Source: Octopus sinensis
Taxonomy: Eukaryota
NCBI RefSeq assembly: GCF_006345805.1
Contig: NC_043002.1
Span: 6,820,001 to 6,884,000 of the forward strand
Direction: 5' to 3'
Length of the DNA stretch: 64,000 bases
The notes below the pieces were generated by a model, which saw only the letters and a list, made by a program, of their open reading frames with translations, made no database searches and was not told the DNA's origin. Shown here piece by piece: positions 12,036 through 23,756 of the stretch. Each line of letters begins with the position of its first letter. Position 1 is the first letter of the stretch. The translations under genes and the position numbers were made by a program.

Positions 12036-12315
12036 AAAACAATTGCAGCGTGGAAGGTGTTTGTAAGCCATTTAAGAAACACACAAAAGCCGTTCGATTC
12101 ACTTCAACATTTAAGTTTAATTTACAAAATATTTTCTTCGCTTTAAGACCGCGACCTGTTCACTGATGCAGCACCGATTTTTGTCAGTGAACAGGTCGCG
12201 GTCTTAAAGCGACGAAAATATTTTGACAAATTAAACTTAAATGTTGAAGTGAATCGAACGGCTTTTGTGTGTTTCTTAAATGGCTTACAAACACCTTCCA
12301 CGCTGCAATTGTTTT
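12036..12315. repeat. Palindrome, ~130-bp arms, 17-bp spacer (inverted pLTR-like)
   Basis: 12036-12166 is the reverse complement of 12184-12315 with a few substitutions. Confidence 0.95.
12180..12230 (+). ncRNA. Type I hammerhead variant, G3:C8 core
   Basis: tttgtca GTGAACA g GTCGC ggtcttaaa GCGAC GAA AATATT T tgacaaa. Confidence 0.7.
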
Positions 12316-12749
12316 TGTAGATGATATATATCTTTCGTTAACAGTAAAAACATTACTATAACTATCTTTACTTGAAGACTTTGCATTCCCACTTGGATAC
12401 AAAACGTTAGCTGGAGAATCTCTATTTAGAAGTGCTTTGAGATTTTCCCTCAAATATGAAGTACTGGATGAAAAAATTAACAAAGGAAAACTCAGAAATA
12501 TTATTAATACATCAAACACGTATTAAAAATGCACAAACCACATATAAACTAAAGGAATACATTGCGAACGCTGCACATATATTCTTTCAGATCAGATGAC
12601 AAAACACGGTAAACTATATCTGTCCTAGTGCAAGACAAAATGCAAAAGTAAGGAAATCTATGATATCCTAGGAAATTAGACTATCGTCGAAAAATGAATG
12701 CGATACTAAAACGGGTTCCAAACTAGGCAACATCGGAATTTCTGTTAGG

Positions 12750-12960
12750 ACAGCGGCCATACTGGGGAACCGCTTGAAAACGTTTTAGTCGAATGAATCA
12801 ATCCCAGTACTTAATTGTTTTGCTAATCCTGGTACATATTCTATCGGTTTCTTTTGCCGAACCGCTAGGTTACGGGTCTGTAAACACACCGACACCAGTT
12901 TTCAAGCTGTTATAGAGGATAAAGAGAATCACAAATACACACATACACACACACACATAT
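12750..12960 (-). mobile_element. SINE family A 3' half, degenerate
   Basis: ttctatcggtttcttttgccgaaccgctagg matches family A. Confidence 0.7.
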
Positions 12961-13021
12961 ATATTATATATAAGGAGCTTTAAGGGTTATTGTATTTTAA
13001 CATGATATGAATATATATATA

Positions 13022-13064
<43 letters not shown>

Positions 13065-13119
13065 CCACTCGTGCGGTATTTTACAGCTCAACTTTGTTAT
13101 ATATATATATATATATATA

Positions 13120-14344
13120 CTAGCTTAAGGTGACCCGCTCTACGCGCGGGTAAGATTGTGGTTGTTACTTTCTGTTGCTTTCTTTCAGCACGTAAAAAGC
13201 ACCATCCGAACGTGGCCGATTGCAGCGCCGCCTTGACTGGCTTCTGTTCCGGTGGCACGTAAAAAGCACCAACCAATCGTAGTCGCTGTCAGCCCCCCCT
13301 GGCACCTTGCCGGCGGCACGAAAAAAGCACTCACTACATTCACAGAGTGGTTGGCGTTAGGAAGAAACACTGCCAGATCAGACTGGAGCCTGGTGCAGCC
13401 TCCTGGCTTCCCAGACCCCGGTCAAACTGTCCAACCCGTGCTAGCACGGAAAACGGACGTTAAACGATGATGATGATGATGATGATGATTCTCCCTCTTT
13501 GTTTCTCTCTCCTTTCTCTCTCACTTTCCCACTCTCTTACTTTTCTTTTCTCTCGGACTCTCTCTCGCTTTCTCTTACTCTATCTTTATCTATCTCTCTC
13601 CCATTTATAAACAACAAAAGATCTTGAGTAAGTTGAGAAATAAAATATTTTGAAAGATCAATCATAAATATCAGGCAGTGACAACGGGATGGTCTGCTTC
13701 AAGGCAGACAGCAAAACACTAACATTTAAAAGGGACAGACGAACTTGCGAGCTGAATAAAAATAATAAGATATTGGAAATCAAAGTTTGAAGGGATAGAA
13801 TCTGAGGATAGTAGAGTCACCATGGCTGGCATTTCTTAACGACGGACAGCAAGGTATTGACAGTTTAACGGCTGGCGTAAAATTTTAAACTTGATGTAAA
13901 AGAAAATTCCTAAACACCAAGTTTTGAAGTGATTTTTTCTCACGACAGTAGACTCACGATGGCAAGCATTCAAAACTTCTTCATCATGGACGGCAACATA
14001 TTGACGATTAAAAGGCTGGCGCAAATTTTTTAGCTTGATGTAACAGAGAATTCCTAAACACCCGCTACTTTAAATTTTAATCCCTTTCCAGCCCCATTTA
14101 GACCCCTTTTCACATTTTGGTTAATATAACCCGATTTCATTCGGGTCTACTGGGGCCACATTTTATAAGATGAGGAATTTTGTCCTAGAGGTCACGCCTT
14201 TCATTTGAGGAAAAAAATAGTTGTCATGCAAACTTGCCAGCACTTTTAACATAGGTGTGCATATTTTCATCTCAACCGACCACATAATGCACACATTATA
14301 TATATATATATATATATCTTATATATATATATATATATATATAG
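13120..14344 (-). mobile_element. Non-autonomous Helitron with a nested SINE and an internal ~150-bp imperfect duplication
   Basis: CTAG at 13120-13123 with hairpin acccgc..gcgggt; the 5' end in (TA)n is approximate. Confidence 0.6.
13185..13490 (+). mobile_element. SINE-like family H, 3' part with (GAT)n tail
   Basis: Three internal gcacg(t/a)aaaaagcac repeats; tail ccaacccgtgctagcacggaaaacggacgttaaacgatgatgatg; single copy here, so SINE status is from recall. Confidence 0.6.
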
Positions 14345-14739
14345 ATATATATATATATATATATATCTGTGTGTGTGTGTGCAAGCATTATATATACAAA
14401 TGTATACAAATTATATATATATATGTATAAATTAAATTAGAGATAAAACCACTAATAGGCAAATCAAACAGTGAAAAACATAAACCAAAACATAAAAATA
14501 AAAATATAATATACAAAATATATAAAATATAAAATCGAAAAATTTAAATTATTTAAATTCAAAATTAAAATTATTAATTTATATTTATAATTTTTTTTAA
14601 ATATATGTAACTATCAAAAAGTATTAAAAAGTTTAATATACATAAATACAGATATATACACTTTGTGTATATACATTATATATACATATTTATATATAGA
14701 ACACGCACGCACACACACACACACACACATATATATAAA

Positions 14740-15234
14740 TTAACCCAATAAATATCTGATTCATAATATTTGTTCTCATGATTGTGTCGTGGTTGTGGCG
14801 ATGATAATTCTCTCTATGAATGCAGACAGACGTAGAGAGAGAGAGTGTGTGTGAAAGCGCTGTCGAAGGTGGGGAGGGGGAGATATAGAACGCCGTGACA
14901 CGACATTATAAAGAGAAAGTGAAGGTAAGGGAGTTAGACGCCGTGAAACGAAGTTATATATAGAAAGTGATGGGAAGGGAGGAAAGAGTGAGTGACGGAG
15001 GAAGACAGATACATAAAAGAATGAGAGTAGACTTGTCAAAGTGAGTTTTTCACCCAAGCAACGACACCTTTTAAGATGGGGATTTCTAACCTAGCCCACT
15101 GACATCCTCACCTCATTTTACATGTCCCTGTAAATTTTGGAGTCAATCCGACGGGATCTAGTGGCCTTTAACCCGTTCTCAATGCCCAAACCAGACAAAC
15201 AGACTTTTCGCATTTCAGATTTATAATATAGAGA
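14740..15234 (-). mobile_element. Helitron-like 5' portion
   Basis: Minus-strand a|tctctatattataaatctg...gtctgtttgtctg is a typical Helitron 5' end; no 3' end seen. Confidence 0.45.
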
Positions 15235-15285
15235 TATATATAACAAAGTGGAGTTGTAAGGTACCGCACGAGTGGAATTATATAC

Positions 15286-16179
15286 GAAAGTTTGAAAATG
15301 CAATTTTAAAGGATATTAAACGTAACCGGTTTCATTTTTTTAGAAAAAGATTGTCAAAAGTAACATATAAAAGCTTTGTTGTGTTAGGTACTGGTTGTCA
15401 CAAAATATTACAATACATATATATATTCTTTGATAATAATAAGGACATGATAAAAATAGTTTACAAGGGAAAATTTTTGAAAAATATAAAAAATTTGATA
15501 AGTTCATTAAAATATTGGGTACAAAAGATTACAATACATATATACATTCTTTGATAATAATAAGAGAACGTTAAAAACAGTTTACAGAAAGAATTATTAA
15601 AAAGTTCAGAAAATTTTAAGTTCAAAAAGGTTACATTTTGGTAGTATACAAGTGTACAATGAGGGAGATATATTTAGTTTGAACTGACCTGAAGCACCAC
15701 ATTGTCGTTTACGACAATCTTTTTTATATTTTCTCAAGATTTTCCCTTGTAAACTGTTTTTAACATGATTTTATTATTATCAAAGAATGTATATATGTAT
15801 TGTAATATTTTGTGACAACCAGTACCTATTTCTTTACTATCCACAAGGGGCTATACACAGAGGGGACAAACAAGGACAGACAACCGGACTAAGTCGATTA
15901 CATCGACCCCAGTGCGTAACTGGTACTTATTTAATCGATCCCGAAAGGATGAAAGGTAAAGTCGACCTCGGCGGAATTCGAACTCAGAACGTAACGGCAG
16001 ACGAAATATCGCTAAGCAATTCGACCATCGCGCTAACGTTTCTGCCAGCTCACCGCCTCTGTGACAACCAGTACCTAACACATCAAAGCTTTTACATGTT
16101 ACTTTTGACAATCTTTTTCTAAAAAAGTGAAACCGGTCAAGTAAATAAACATCTTTTAAAATTGCATTTTCAAACCTTC
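15286..16179. mobile_element. Foldback element with ~200-bp inverted arms
   Basis: 15286-15493 is the reverse complement of 15720-16179 once the SINE insertion is removed. Confidence 0.8.
15829..16059 (-). mobile_element. SINE family B monomer with 18-bp TSD
   Basis: TSD tgtgacaaccagtaccta at 15811-15828 and 16060-16077. Confidence 0.92.
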
Positions 16180-16218
<39 letters not shown>

Positions 16219-16829
16219 TATCTAAAAGAAAAAAAGATAGATAAAAAAAAAAGATAGATAGATAGATAGATAGTGAGGAGAAGGAAGTACGGCTTTGAGA
16301 TTGAAACAGTGATAAACGTGGTAATCGGAGGTGTAAGAAGGAGAAAGTGAAAATTCCGTGAATACATCATCTTACAGAGTACTGGTAAGAAGAAGGGAAA
16401 ATGAGAAACATTCAGAAAGAGAGAGGGAGAGAGGGAGAGAGAGAGAGGCAGAAACAGAGAGAGGAAAACAGAGAGAGACAAACAGACAGACCAAAAGTGA
16501 GAGAGTAAATGAGAGGCAGAATTTGGGAAGTACATGAAGTTTCGGCAAATACATTAACAATGATACATTTGTGGGGTTTCTGCAGGAAGGCTCCTGAAAT
16601 CCATACCATAGAAAGTGTTTCATCCAAGGAGGTTTATTTCATTGAAATTTCGATAACTGCTCTTTCCAGAATATCAACGACTCTCACAAACAACCTCATA
16701 ATACTCTGCATCCAGCAGTGTTACCATCATAACAGCTGTTAATCTTATTAGTGTTTTAACACTAAAGCATTGATTCTTCATTTTCTCCATTGCTGGTGTG
16801 AGTGCTATATCGTTTGCCCAATGTGAAGA

Positions 16830-16930
16830 ATGGGATCCGGACAAAAGCTCCCTGGGACAAAAGCCCCCCTCGGACAAAAGCTTCTCGGACAAAAGCCCCT
16901 CGACAAAAGCTCCCTTGGACAAAAGCCCCG
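16830..16930 (+). repeat. Minisatellite, ~16-bp unit ggacaaaagc(c/t)..., six copies
   Basis: gacaaaagc repeated six times. Confidence 0.9.
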
Positions 16931-17572
16931 CGGTCGTATTTTTAGTTGAATCTATCGACCCCAGAATCTTTTACGATTTTACTTTTATTAGACTGAAGTC
17001 AGCCATGCTGTCGTACCATCTTGAAGAGTTTTTAGATGGCTGTATGGGACCCAGAACTTTTTTAAAGCTTGATCAAAATCGCTTCTGTGATATGATTCAT
17101 TTTTTTTTTCTTTTTATTTGTTGCAGTCATTAGACTGCGGCCATGCTGGGGCACCACCTTGAGGAATTCTTAGTCGATTGTATCGAGCCCAGGATTTTTC
17201 TACATGATTTTCAACCAGCGCATGAAATTAAGCCTAAAAGGACTCTTGACATGCTAGAAATAACAGCTAAATCTCCTGAAATGTTTCAAGAATGATTAGG
17301 AGATGTACACTTCCTTTTGCTCTTCAGTTGACGAATTCCAAAGTTCATTATTATATTCATATCATTTTAAAATATGATAATACAACGCGAAAGGAACTAC
17401 CATAGACTACAAAAGACATGACATACACTTGTACTTGTTAGTGTTGATATATTTATATAGACACACACACACACACACACACAACACACAAATACATATG
17501 GATAGATTCATAGATGGACATACACACATATACAGGCACAACGGCGTACGCACACACACACACACACTCATA

Positions 17573-17618
<46 letters not shown>

Positions 17619-17631
17619 ATAATATATATAT

Positions 17632-17974
17632 ATATATAATATTAATTCGAGACAAAACCACTATTTTGCAAAACAAACAAGGAAAGACTTAATCAATACA
17701 TAAAAAATTTTAATATAAAGAAATAAACCGCCACTACAATCGTTTCATGTCTTCAATGACATTCGTCAGGTGGATTTTCGATCTCCTAACCTGTTTTAAT
17801 TTATAAATTAAAACAGGTTAGGAGATCGAAAATCCACCTGACGAATGTCATTGAAGACATGAAACGATTGTAGTGGCGGTTTATTCTTTATATTAAAATT
17901 TTTTATGTATTGATTAAGTCTTTCCTTGTTTGTTTTGCAAAGTAGTGGTTTTGTCTCGAATTAATATTATATAA
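17632..17974. repeat. Spacer-less ~340-bp palindrome (second copy ~18723-19066)
   Basis: Centre ttta|taaa; arms differ by about one substitution and one indel. Confidence 0.95.
17834..17876 (+). ncRNA. Minimal type I hammerhead, canonical core
   Basis: CCAC CTGACGA ATGTC attgaa GACAT GAA ACGATTGT A GTGG; mirrored at 17731-17773 (-), duplicated at 18925-18967 (+) and 18822-18864 (-). Confidence 0.85.
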
Positions 17975-18048
17975 TATTTTACTATAAAATTGGATTTAAT
18001 CCTAAATCTGATTTTTTCCCTGTAAATTTGGATTTATTTCCTAATATT

Positions 18049-18111
<63 letters not shown>

Positions 18112-18661
18112 ATTATTCTACCAATTATATACGTTTTTATTATTTTTTTGCAATTTACTTAATCATCGGTATAATATTGTTATTTTAATTTTCATATTTC
18201 TATTATATGTAATTTTCTAGATGGTGTAATTTAATTATTCATTTTGAATTGATAAAGGGTGGGGTTTTTTCTAATTTATGTATGTATATATATATATATA
18301 TATATATAAAACTATCCTTTTTATGAACAAAAATTTCAAGTGTTGCAGGTAGCTGTTTCCGAGAAAGCATTAATATATATTTTCATTTTAAGAATAAAAC
18401 TGTCAATGCACAGCTCGCTCTCCTGAAAGAGCAGACATCAAATGAAAAAATGTGTGTATTACTGGATGTCGGTTACTTCTAGGAGAGTAAATCGCTGTGC
18501 CTGTGTGTGTGTGTACATAAATATATGCACATAAACCTACATAGATGCATGCACACACACACACACACACACAACACACAAATACATATGGATAGATTCA
18601 TAGATGGACATACACACATATACAGCACAACGGCGTACGCACACACACACACACACTCATA

Positions 18662-18727
<66 letters not shown>

Positions 18728-19152
18728 ATAATATTAATTCGAGACAAAACCACTATTTTGCAAAACAAACAAGGAAAGACTTAATCAATACATAAAAAAT
18801 TTTAATATAAAGAAATAACCGCCACTACAATCGTTTCATGTCTTCAATGACATTCGTCAGGTGGATTTTCGATCTCCTAACCTGTTTTAATTTATAAATT
18901 AAAACAGGTTAGGAGATCGAAAATCCACCTGACGAATGTCATTGAAGACATGAAACGATTGTAGTGGCGGTTTATTTCTTTATATTAAAATTTTTTATGT
19001 ATTGATTAAGTCTTTCCTTGTTTGTTTTGCAAAGTAGTGGTTTTGTCTCGAATTAATATTATATAATATTTTACTATAAAATTGGATTTAATCCTAAATC
19101 TGATTTTTTCCCTGTAAATTTGGATTTATTTCCTAATATTTATTATATATAT

Positions 19153-19200
<48 letters not shown>

Positions 19201-20378
19201 ATTATTCTACCAATTATATACGTTTTTATTATTTTTTTGCAATTTACTTAATCATCGGTATAATATTGTTATTTTAATTTTCATATTTCTATTATATGTA
19301 ATTTTCTAGATGGTGTAATTTAATTATTCATTTTGAATTGATAAAGGTGGGGTTTTTTCTAATTTATGTATGTATATATATATATATATTATATATATAT
19401 ATAAAACTATCCTTTTTATGAACAAAAATTTCAAGTGTTGCAGGTAGCTGTTTCCGAGAAAGCATTAATATATATTTTCATTTTAAGAATAAAACTGTCA
19501 ATGCACAGCTCGCTCTCCCTGAAAGAGCAGACATCAAATGAAAAAATGTGTGTATTACTGGATGTCGGTTACTTCTAGGAGAGTAAATCGCTGTGCCTGT
19601 GTGTGTGTGTACATAAATATATGCACATAAACCTACATAGATGCATGCACACACACACACACATATATATACACGTACAGACGTACATATATATATAGAT
19701 ATACATAAATATATGCATATAAACCTACATAGATGCATGCACACACACACACACATATATATATACATACATACATATATATATGTAGATATACATAAAT
19801 ATATATATATACATGCATATACATATATATAAATACACATACAGGTGTGTATCTGAGTGTGTGTTTGTGTGTGCGTGTGCGTGTATGTGTGTGCGTGCGT
19901 GTGTGTGTGTGTGTGCGTGTGTGTGTGTTCATATCCTGATGAATGGTTTTAATGAGAAGCCGACTCATTCACATCTCACCTGTAGCTAAATAGAAGGAAC
20001 ACCAACAACAATAACAAAAGCATCAATGACACCAACACTGCGACATATCAAAATAAGTTTCTTGCTCAGACTTCAATGAAACGACTAGAATATCCTCTCC
20101 TTCCCAAAATGTCACATGTTTTTTCTGCATTATTGTTTCTATCCTCACTTGTTCTGATTCTTTTCCCCTTTTATTATTATTTTTTTGTTTTCTATCTTAT
20201 TCTCTATCTCAGTGTAAAGGAAGCCGTTATCATTATAACGACACTATATGCGATTTCCGTTTCAGATTGTACGTCTATTTCATATTTTAAACTGAACTTC
20301 CTCTATCTATTTATCTCCATCCTCGATCCACCCCACTCACCCCATCTCCGTCTCTTTCTTTCTCTGTGTGTGTATATA

Positions 20379-20418
<40 letters not shown>

Positions 20419-20756
20419 TCCGTTCTCTACTACGTTATTCTTTTTTTTTTAAATTTAACAAAGGTTTTAATATTTTATTTTCTCACTGACAACTCAATGA
20501 CTGATGTTCTCATCACTTGTATTTTTTCTCCTCTTCGTCTAAAGTGATACCTTCAAATCTTTAACAGATGTAGCAGAAAGCTAAGCATTGCAATATTATC
20601 GTGTTTTGCGCTTGCTGGATTGAGCTATGAAATAAATATTAGTTTTAGATTAATTCTAAGAGAGATAGCTCTTTCTCAACGAACTGTGTGAAAAGAAAAA
20701 CTAGCACTTGGTACTTATGTACATGTATGTATGTATGTGTGTGTGTGTGTGTGTGT

Positions 20757-20883
20757 GTGTATATGAAGGAAAATATTTGTGTAGGTGAATATATATGTAT
20801 ATATACATACGTACCTACACACATACACATACACTCACACACATATGTATACATGCGTACACATAAATTTACATGTATATCTG

Positions 20884-20937
<54 letters not shown>

Positions 20938-21330
20938 TGTGTGTGTGTGAGTATACCTGTGTGTGTATATGTGCGTGTATGCGTGTGTGTGTGCGTGTAT
21001 GTGCGTGCGTGTGTGTGTGTGTATATGTGTATACATGTGTGTATATGAGGGAAAATATTTATGTAGGTGAATATATATGTATATATACATACGTACCTAC
21101 ACACACATACACTCACACACGTATGTATACATGCGTACACATGAATGTACATGTATATCTGTATATCTATATATATATGTGTGTGTGAGTATACCTGTGT
21201 GTGTATATGTATGTGCGTTTGCATGTATGTGCATGCGTGTGCGTGTATCTGCGTGCGTGCGTGTGTGCGTGTATGTGCGTGCGTCTGTGTGTGTGTGTAT
21301 GTGCGTGCGTGTGTGTGTATGTGTGTGTGT
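20757..21330 (+). repeat. Diverged tandem duplication (~285-bp period) of microsatellite-rich DNA
   Basis: gaaaatattt(g/a)tgtaggtgaatatatatg anchor at ~20770 and ~21050. Confidence 0.8.
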
Positions 21331-21670
21331 GCGCGTGTGTGTGAGTATGTTTGTGTATGTGTGTGTATGTGTGTGTGTGTGTGCGTGTGTACTTTCACGC
21401 TGTATAAGATACAATCTGACAGAAATATTGAAGCAACTTAATTAATTCACATTCGACGGCAGAAACTGAATATCCTCTTGTTTTTACGAACAAACCGCTT
21501 GTCTTTTCAAGTATTAAGACATAAATATAGATAGTAAGTACTTCTTTGTTATATTAGTTATTTAAGATGACTGTTTCATCTTACTCGGATTTCTCATAGA
21601 AAATGTTAAACGTAAAAGAAGAAATATCGTTTCGGAGAGTACTTGCTGCTATCAACAATTATTAAATCAT

Positions 21671-22088
21671 AAGGCGGCGAGCTGGCAGAACCGATAGCGC
21701 GCCGGGCGGGATGCTTAGCGGTATTTCGTCTGCGTTTACGTTCTGAGTTCAAATTCCGCCGAGGTCGACTTTGCCTTTCATCCCTTTCGGGGTCGATTAA
21801 ATAAGTACCAGTTACGCACTGGGGGCGATATAATCGACCTAATCCGTTTGTCTGCCCTTGTTTGTCCTCTCTGTGTTTAACCCCTTGTGAGTAATAAAGA
21901 AATAGGTATTTCGTCTGCCGCTTACGTTCTGAGTTCAAATTCCACCGGGGTCGACTTTACCTTTCATCCTTTCGGGGTCGATTAAATAAGTACCAGTTAC
22001 GCACTGGTGTCGATATAATAGACGGTATCTCTTTTTCTATCCTTGTTTGTCCCCTCTGTGTTTAGCCCCTTGTGGGCAATAAAGAAAT
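21671..22088 (+). mobile_element. SINE family B dimer with 17-bp TSD
   Basis: TSD aacaattattaaatcat at 21654-21670 and 22089-22105; junction aaagaaata|ggtatttcgtc. Confidence 0.92.
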
Positions 22089-23756
22089 AACAATTATTAA
22101 ATCATCTATTTGTACAGTAACATTGATAGATAAGCTCTCGGTGAGACGAGCCTCTTCTATTTGTTATTTTTATCAAGTCAATACTAGGCACGGCTGTGTG
22201 ATTAATAATTTCATAATTACCTGCTTTTAGGTTCCATACTATTAGAAGGCACATTGGACAAGTGTTTTCTATCATAGCCTTGATTCCAGAGAATGAAATT
22301 TGGGAGACGGAAAGTATTTGGCGGTTAACTGATGCGATAAATACTTTTAGAAAGCGGCGCTTCTTGATATGATGCATTCATTGAAGTGTATTTACCCCTG
22401 TTCAATCGAAAGGATTCCGTCTTAAAATTACATTTATACTATAGGATATACTTACTGCAATAATCAAAAATAAGCTAAAGATTATTTCATAGTTCTTTGG
22501 ACGTTACTCACCTGAAGACATGTATACATACAGCTATTATCGGGTTATATTAATGCAATAATGTGTATTCTGTTTCAGATATGATAGATAAATTGTCGTT
22601 CAGACAATGGTGTTACCGTTAACAAATAAGAGAATGAGATGAATTCCTCGTTAATCATGACCGTACGTAAATGACACATGCTGTATACCAGAATGATTTA
22701 ATCGGGACTGTAAAGGACATTTCTTCATCATACAGTCATGCCTCTACTTATTGGTACTTATTTTATGAGTTCACGCAAAGGAGAAAGTTAAAGTTGATTG
22801 TTGTGGGAACTGAATTCGATTTGTTAAAAGACTCATGAACCATAATTATTTTATTCGGTGTTCTACCGTTTGTATCAGTCGATCGCTCAAGTGGCAGCAA
22901 ATTGATGGAGCCTACATAAAGACCAATTTAGAGTTCTTGATAAGAACTGTATCATATATAGTTTATAGACAGAAATATATACTGTGATATTTGTTCAGTG
23001 TAACCCAATTTTTTACTACGAAGCGAACGTCTCCACTGAATGGAAAAAAGCTTTCTACTCGTGGTACCATACTTGGCGTATGTTATTTTATGACAGCCTT
23101 ACTCTATGTGACAAGTTAGCAAGCAATCATTAATTAGCATTTAAAATGCTAATTAAATAAACTTAATCCACACTGTTTCTCAGAGGCTTACCTATTTTTT
23201 GAGTGTTTAGTTTATATTTTATTTTAATGTTTTTATTTTTTGTGGGGGTATGTAAAATTTCGTGGCTCACAGCGGGATGCAGATATACATAATTAAACAG
23301 TTGTTTCAAATACAAGTTAAGTCTGGTTTTAGTGGGGTGGAACAGAAATGTCGAAAAATGTCCTTCCAAGGTCTTAACTGGAGATTGGTATTTACCGTGA
23401 AGTTGTTTTAGCTGACTTCTAAGTAGATTTCAAGAAGCATTTGTAAGAAATAAGAGAAGATCGTGAGTCTGAAGTGATAGGTATAATTATATAAACTCAC
23501 AGCTAGAGTACCTAATTGTAATATTGTTGAATATTTGTTTTCTTTTTAACACAGATTCTAGTTTTATTCTGACAAGAAAATGTAATATTGTCCGATTACT
23601 TGAAAAGTTTAATGAAGCAGAATGGGAAGACATAGACAAGATGGCTGAGTTCAGTTTGTATATTAATTCATAAACTTTCACTGTTAAACTTACTTAGGTT
23701 CCGTTTTTGAATTCGGTTTGCAAGATTCTTTATATGAGTTCGTGTGTTGAAGCATA

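Larger units (their letters stand above)
17461..19660 (+). repeat. Tandem duplication, period ~1091 bp
   Basis: Two near-identical copies with breakpoints in (CA)n; palindrome axes at 17803.5 and 18894.5. Confidence 0.95.

Noticed and set aside
12362-12526. 54-codon open frame LSLLEDFAFPLGYKTLAGESLFRSALRFSLKYE... next to the G3:C8 palindrome
   Set aside because: No start or splice context and no recognised family; the opposite strand is also open, so chance is plausible.
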